A stretch of DNA of 64,000 nucleotides from Gemmatimonadales bacterium (lineage in GTDB: Bacteria; Gemmatimonadota; Gemmatimonadetes; Gemmatimonadales; Gemmatimonadaceae), in the NCBI GenBank assembly GCA_038253885.1, contig JBBSGP010000009.1:19105-83104 (forward strand), in the 5' to 3' direction. Every line of letters starts with the position of its first letter. Position 1 is the stretch's first letter. Of the stretch, positions 63,363-64,000 are shown in pieces. The translations under genes and the position numbers were made by a program. The notes under the pieces were generated by a model. It did not search any database and was not told the DNA's origin. It was given only the letters and a program-made list of their open reading frames with translations.

Positions 63363-64000
63363 TCACATCACGTCTGCTCTGCGGCGACGCACCTTGCCGT
63401 CGGTCACTTCGATACCTCCAACCCGATTGTAGGTGTGCGTGCCCAGGAGCTCGGGGTCCCAACCGGGGCCAACGGCCACGAGGGCGCGCTCCTCATACTC
63501 GCTCGGTGAGAGCGTCACGATCTCATTGAGGGTGAAGCTGAAACCGTATGTGCAGCTTCCGTCCTGACTGGGCCGAATGAGGACATCGCCGCGGCGTCCG
63601 ATTGCGCCGGCGCAGCGCGCCGTCCGGATGTCCACAGAGACTGGGCTCATGGGATGCGGGATCCAGCGACCGGTGAGACTGTCGGCATGGAAGAGCGCGA
63701 GCATCGTACCCTGCCCGCGCGGCTCCCGCAGCGTCGTGAAGAACCACCACACGTTCGATTGTCGGTAGACGGATGTGTCCACGGCCGTGCCCGAGTACAG
63801 CTCGGCGTGAAGCTCCCATCCAAACGGAAAGGCAGTGGCACGATACAGTCGGACGGCCCTCTGCCCCGCTGATTCCGGAATCATGTACGCGACATCGCCG
63901 TCGAAGAAGACATAGGGGTACGAGAGATGGCCGCCCGTATCGAGCGCCACCTCGGGCGGGCCCATGCTGCCGTCGGCGCCGAGCTCGGCGCAGGAGATGA
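63363..64000 (-). CDS. hypothetical protein, probably beta-propeller (GH43-like fold); 5' end likely beyond the window
   Basis: HLSYPYVFFDGDVAYMIPESAGQRAVRLYRATAFPFGWELHAELYSGTAVDTSVY..NVWWFFTT.... The frame stays open from 63965 to the window end. The family assignment is by recollection only. Confidence 0.5.
   Translation of the reverse strand, partial: ISCAELGADGSMGPPEVALDTGGHLSYPYVFFDGDVAYMIPESAGQRAVRLYRATAFPFGWELHAELYSGTAVDTSVYRQSNVWWFFTTLREPRGQGTMLALFHADSLTGRWIPHPMSPVSVDIRTARCAGAIGRRGDVLIRPSQDGSCTYGFSFTLNEIVTLSPSEYEERALVAVGPGWDPELLGTHTYNRVGGIEVTDGKVRRRRADVM

Overview
This is a visibly GC-rich bacterial chromosomal window. I did not compute composition. I saw no rRNA, CRISPR array, transposase or integrase. 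It holds about 60 protein genes, most on the minus strand, packed tightly with many 1-8 nt stop/start overlaps (ATGA/GTGA). Because of the GC content, nearly every real gene is shadowed by long spurious ORFs in other frames. Many ORF-track entries are also 5'-extended, and I trimmed those starts using the upstream gene's stop codon.

Content from left to right:
- The end of a bacterial microcompartment (BMC) locus: an acylating aldehyde dehydrogenase plus two BMC-H shell genes, one carrying an unusual C-terminal HeH/Rho_N-like tail.
- An lpxH-like gene and murI.
- tRNA-Sec, followed 5 nt upstream by a selD whose true N-terminus contains an in-frame UGA (selenocysteine). The ORF track misses this.
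- ridA-like, fhs, tatD, secDF.
- ribF-truB-rbfA-infB-(L7Ae-like)-nusA-rimP.
- pgeF-murA.
- A plus-strand cluster: PII-like, DUF948-like, YtxH-like and PLC-like genes.
- gatCAB, pcrA, a histidine kinase and serS.
- A coupled plus-strand operon: Roadblock/LC7, CheY-like receiver, mannose-1-P guanylyltransferase, GlmU-like LbH protein and an MBL hydrolase.
- groES-groEL with a perfect CIRCE operator.
- coaX-birA-uppP, a UbiA prenyltransferase, bshA, miaA, mutL.
- A MoxR/DUF58/Bat-type operon with BatB-BatC and BatD-BatE fused.
- A 546-aa Rossmann-fold protein of unknown function, then rluB-scpB-scpA and rpsT.
- A coiled-coil zinc-ribbon protein.
- A class II aldolase that is split or frameshifted near its 3' end.
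- pyrR-pyrB-pyrC, with an 11-nt G/C homopolymer directly after the pyrR start codon.
- Uncharacterised secreted proteins at the right edge.

The gene repertoire (Bat operon, alternative GlmU-type protein, bshA) fits a Gemmatimonadota/FCB-like lineage, but that is inference only. All calls come from reading the translated ORFs and the DNA by eye. No database search was run.
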